From: an uncultured Gammaproteobacteria bacterium | GTDB taxonomy: Bacteria > Patescibacteriota > Microgenomatia > Levybacterales > GWA1-39-11 | DNA: 64,000 bases | Assembly (NCBI GenBank): GCA_964485575.1 | Contig: CAZAJO010000006.1 | Coordinates: 8,990-72,989 of the forward strand | Reading direction: 5' to 3' | Shown here: piece after piece, positions 62,997 to 64,000 of the stretch | Layout of the letters: every line of letters begins with the position of its first letter | How positions within the stretch are numbered: the stretch's first letter is position 1 | Notes under the pieces: model-generated | Databases searched by the model: none | What the model was told of the DNA's origin: nothing | What the model saw: the letters and a program-made list of their open reading frames with translations, nothing else | Program-made: the position numbers and the translations under genes

Positions 62997-64000
62997 ATGA
63001 TTCTACTCGTTGCTTTTGCCTTTCTAGCCGGTTTTATAACCATTCTATCTCCTTGTATCCTTCCAATACTACCCATTGTACTCTCTGGATCCCTAACAGG
63101 GGGTCATCGAAGGCCTCTTGGAATTGTAGTTGGATTTATATTAAGCTTTTCCCTCTTTACACTATTCCTCGCAACGATCGTGAAGACTACTGGAATATCT
63201 GCGGATGTTTTGCGAGCTTTTTCAGTAGTTATTATTCTTCTTTTCGGAGCAAGTTTGCTTTTGCCGAATTTTCAACTAACTATGGAAAAGCTTTTTACAA
63301 AGCTCTCATCTATTGTGAGTAGGAATTCGACACAAGCATCCGGCTTTTGGAGTGGTCTTGTCCTTGGAATGAGTCTTGGACTTGTCTGGACGCCGTGTGT
63401 TGGACCTATCATTGCATCTGTTATCACGCTTGCTGCTACAAGCTCAGTTAACGGAAGCGCAATCCTAATAACCTTTGCCTACTCTTTAGGTACCGCCATC
63501 CCTATGTTTGCTATCACGTATGGTGGGCGTTCATTACTCAATAAAGTCCCCTGGTTACTTCGCAACACAGCGCGTATACAAAAAGGTTTTGGAGTTCTGA
63601 TGATTATTGTTGCAATAAGCATCTTCTTCAATCTTGATAGGCAATTTCAGGTGCTAGTCTTAGATAAATTCCCTTCGTATGGTGTTGGTTTGACCAAGCT
63701 TGAAGACAATGATTTAGTCAAAAACTTATTAAAAAAGAACAACTCACTACTGGACAAGAATTTGGTTGGAAAGCCGATGCCAAACGAAGGATCTTTCCCC
63801 CAAGCACCTGAACTCATAGCGGGTGGGGAATGGCTCAATAGCACACCACTTACTTTGTCTTCCCTGAGAGGAAAGGTCGTTCTCATTGATTTTTGGACAT
63901 ACACTTGCATCAACTGCATTAGAACACTACCTTACTTAAAGTCATGGAATGAAAAATATAAGGACAAAGGACTTGTTATTATTGGCGTTCACACACCCGA
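62997..64000 (+). CDS. dipZ: DipZ-like protein (CcdA/DsbD membrane domain + redoxin), runs off window end
   Basis: Not in the ORF track. Manual translation MILLVAFAFLAGFITILSPCILPILP...VWTPCVGPI...DFWTYTCINCIRTLPY...VIIGVHTP. Confidence 0.88.
   Translation, partial: MILLVAFAFLAGFITILSPCILPILPIVLSGSLTGGHRRPLGIVVGFILSFSLFTLFLATIVKTTGISADVLRAFSVVIILLFGASLLLPNFQLTMEKLFTKLSSIVSRNSTQASGFWSGLVLGMSLGLVWTPCVGPIIASVITLAATSSVNGSAILITFAYSLGTAIPMFAITYGGRSLLNKVPWLLRNTARIQKGFGVLMIIVAISIFFNLDRQFQVLVLDKFPSYGVGLTKLEDNDLVKNLLKKNNSLLDKNLVGKPMPNEGSFPQAPELIAGGEWLNSTPLTLSSLRGKVVLIDFWTYTCINCIRTLPYLKSWNEKYKDKGLVIIGVHTP

Noticed and set aside
336-63919. Numerous 60-135 aa ORFs overlapping recognised genes (e.g. 336-575, 1798-2016, 32824-33225, 35093-35500, 44268-44636, 63053-63322)
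   Set aside because: Antisense or alternate-frame shadows of motif-supported genes or regulatory regions, with no motifs of their own.
1-64000. CRISPR array or cas genes
   Set aside because: No regularly spaced repeat-spacer pattern and no Cas motifs seen.

Overview
A gene-dense, AT-rich bacterial chromosomal segment using genetic code 11 (TAA, TAG and TGA all end genes). The gene content, compaction and many orphan proteins suggest a Patescibacteria/CPR genome, perhaps Microgenomates-like; this is inference only. Contents from left to right: a truncated B12-binding radical SAM gene and an NDT-RHH regulator; tRNA-Gln(TTG) with scattered partial copies of itself; ppsA with a Crp/Fnr regulator and matching sites; msrB and obg; two OmpR-type two-component systems, one with a frameshifted kinase; an MshC-like short CysRS paralog; a DUF4389-like gene with three clustered in-frame stops; a DEAD-box helicase; an FMN-binding/ApbE/RnfD-FNR flavinylation module; a P1B ATPase; an orphan sRNA candidate; an HTH-NB-ARC-TPR + CYTH + guanylate kinase locus with a central operator and two divergent orphan genes; a TasA-like/SipW operon behind a putative attenuator; a sortase with a LASTG substrate; a 14-kb glycan operon with three fusion enzymes; and XRE-thioredoxin-DipZ, truncated at the window end. 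Many genes look leaderless. No CRISPR array, rRNA, transposase, integrase or reverse transcriptase was seen. All product calls come from motif recognition by eye, not from database searches.
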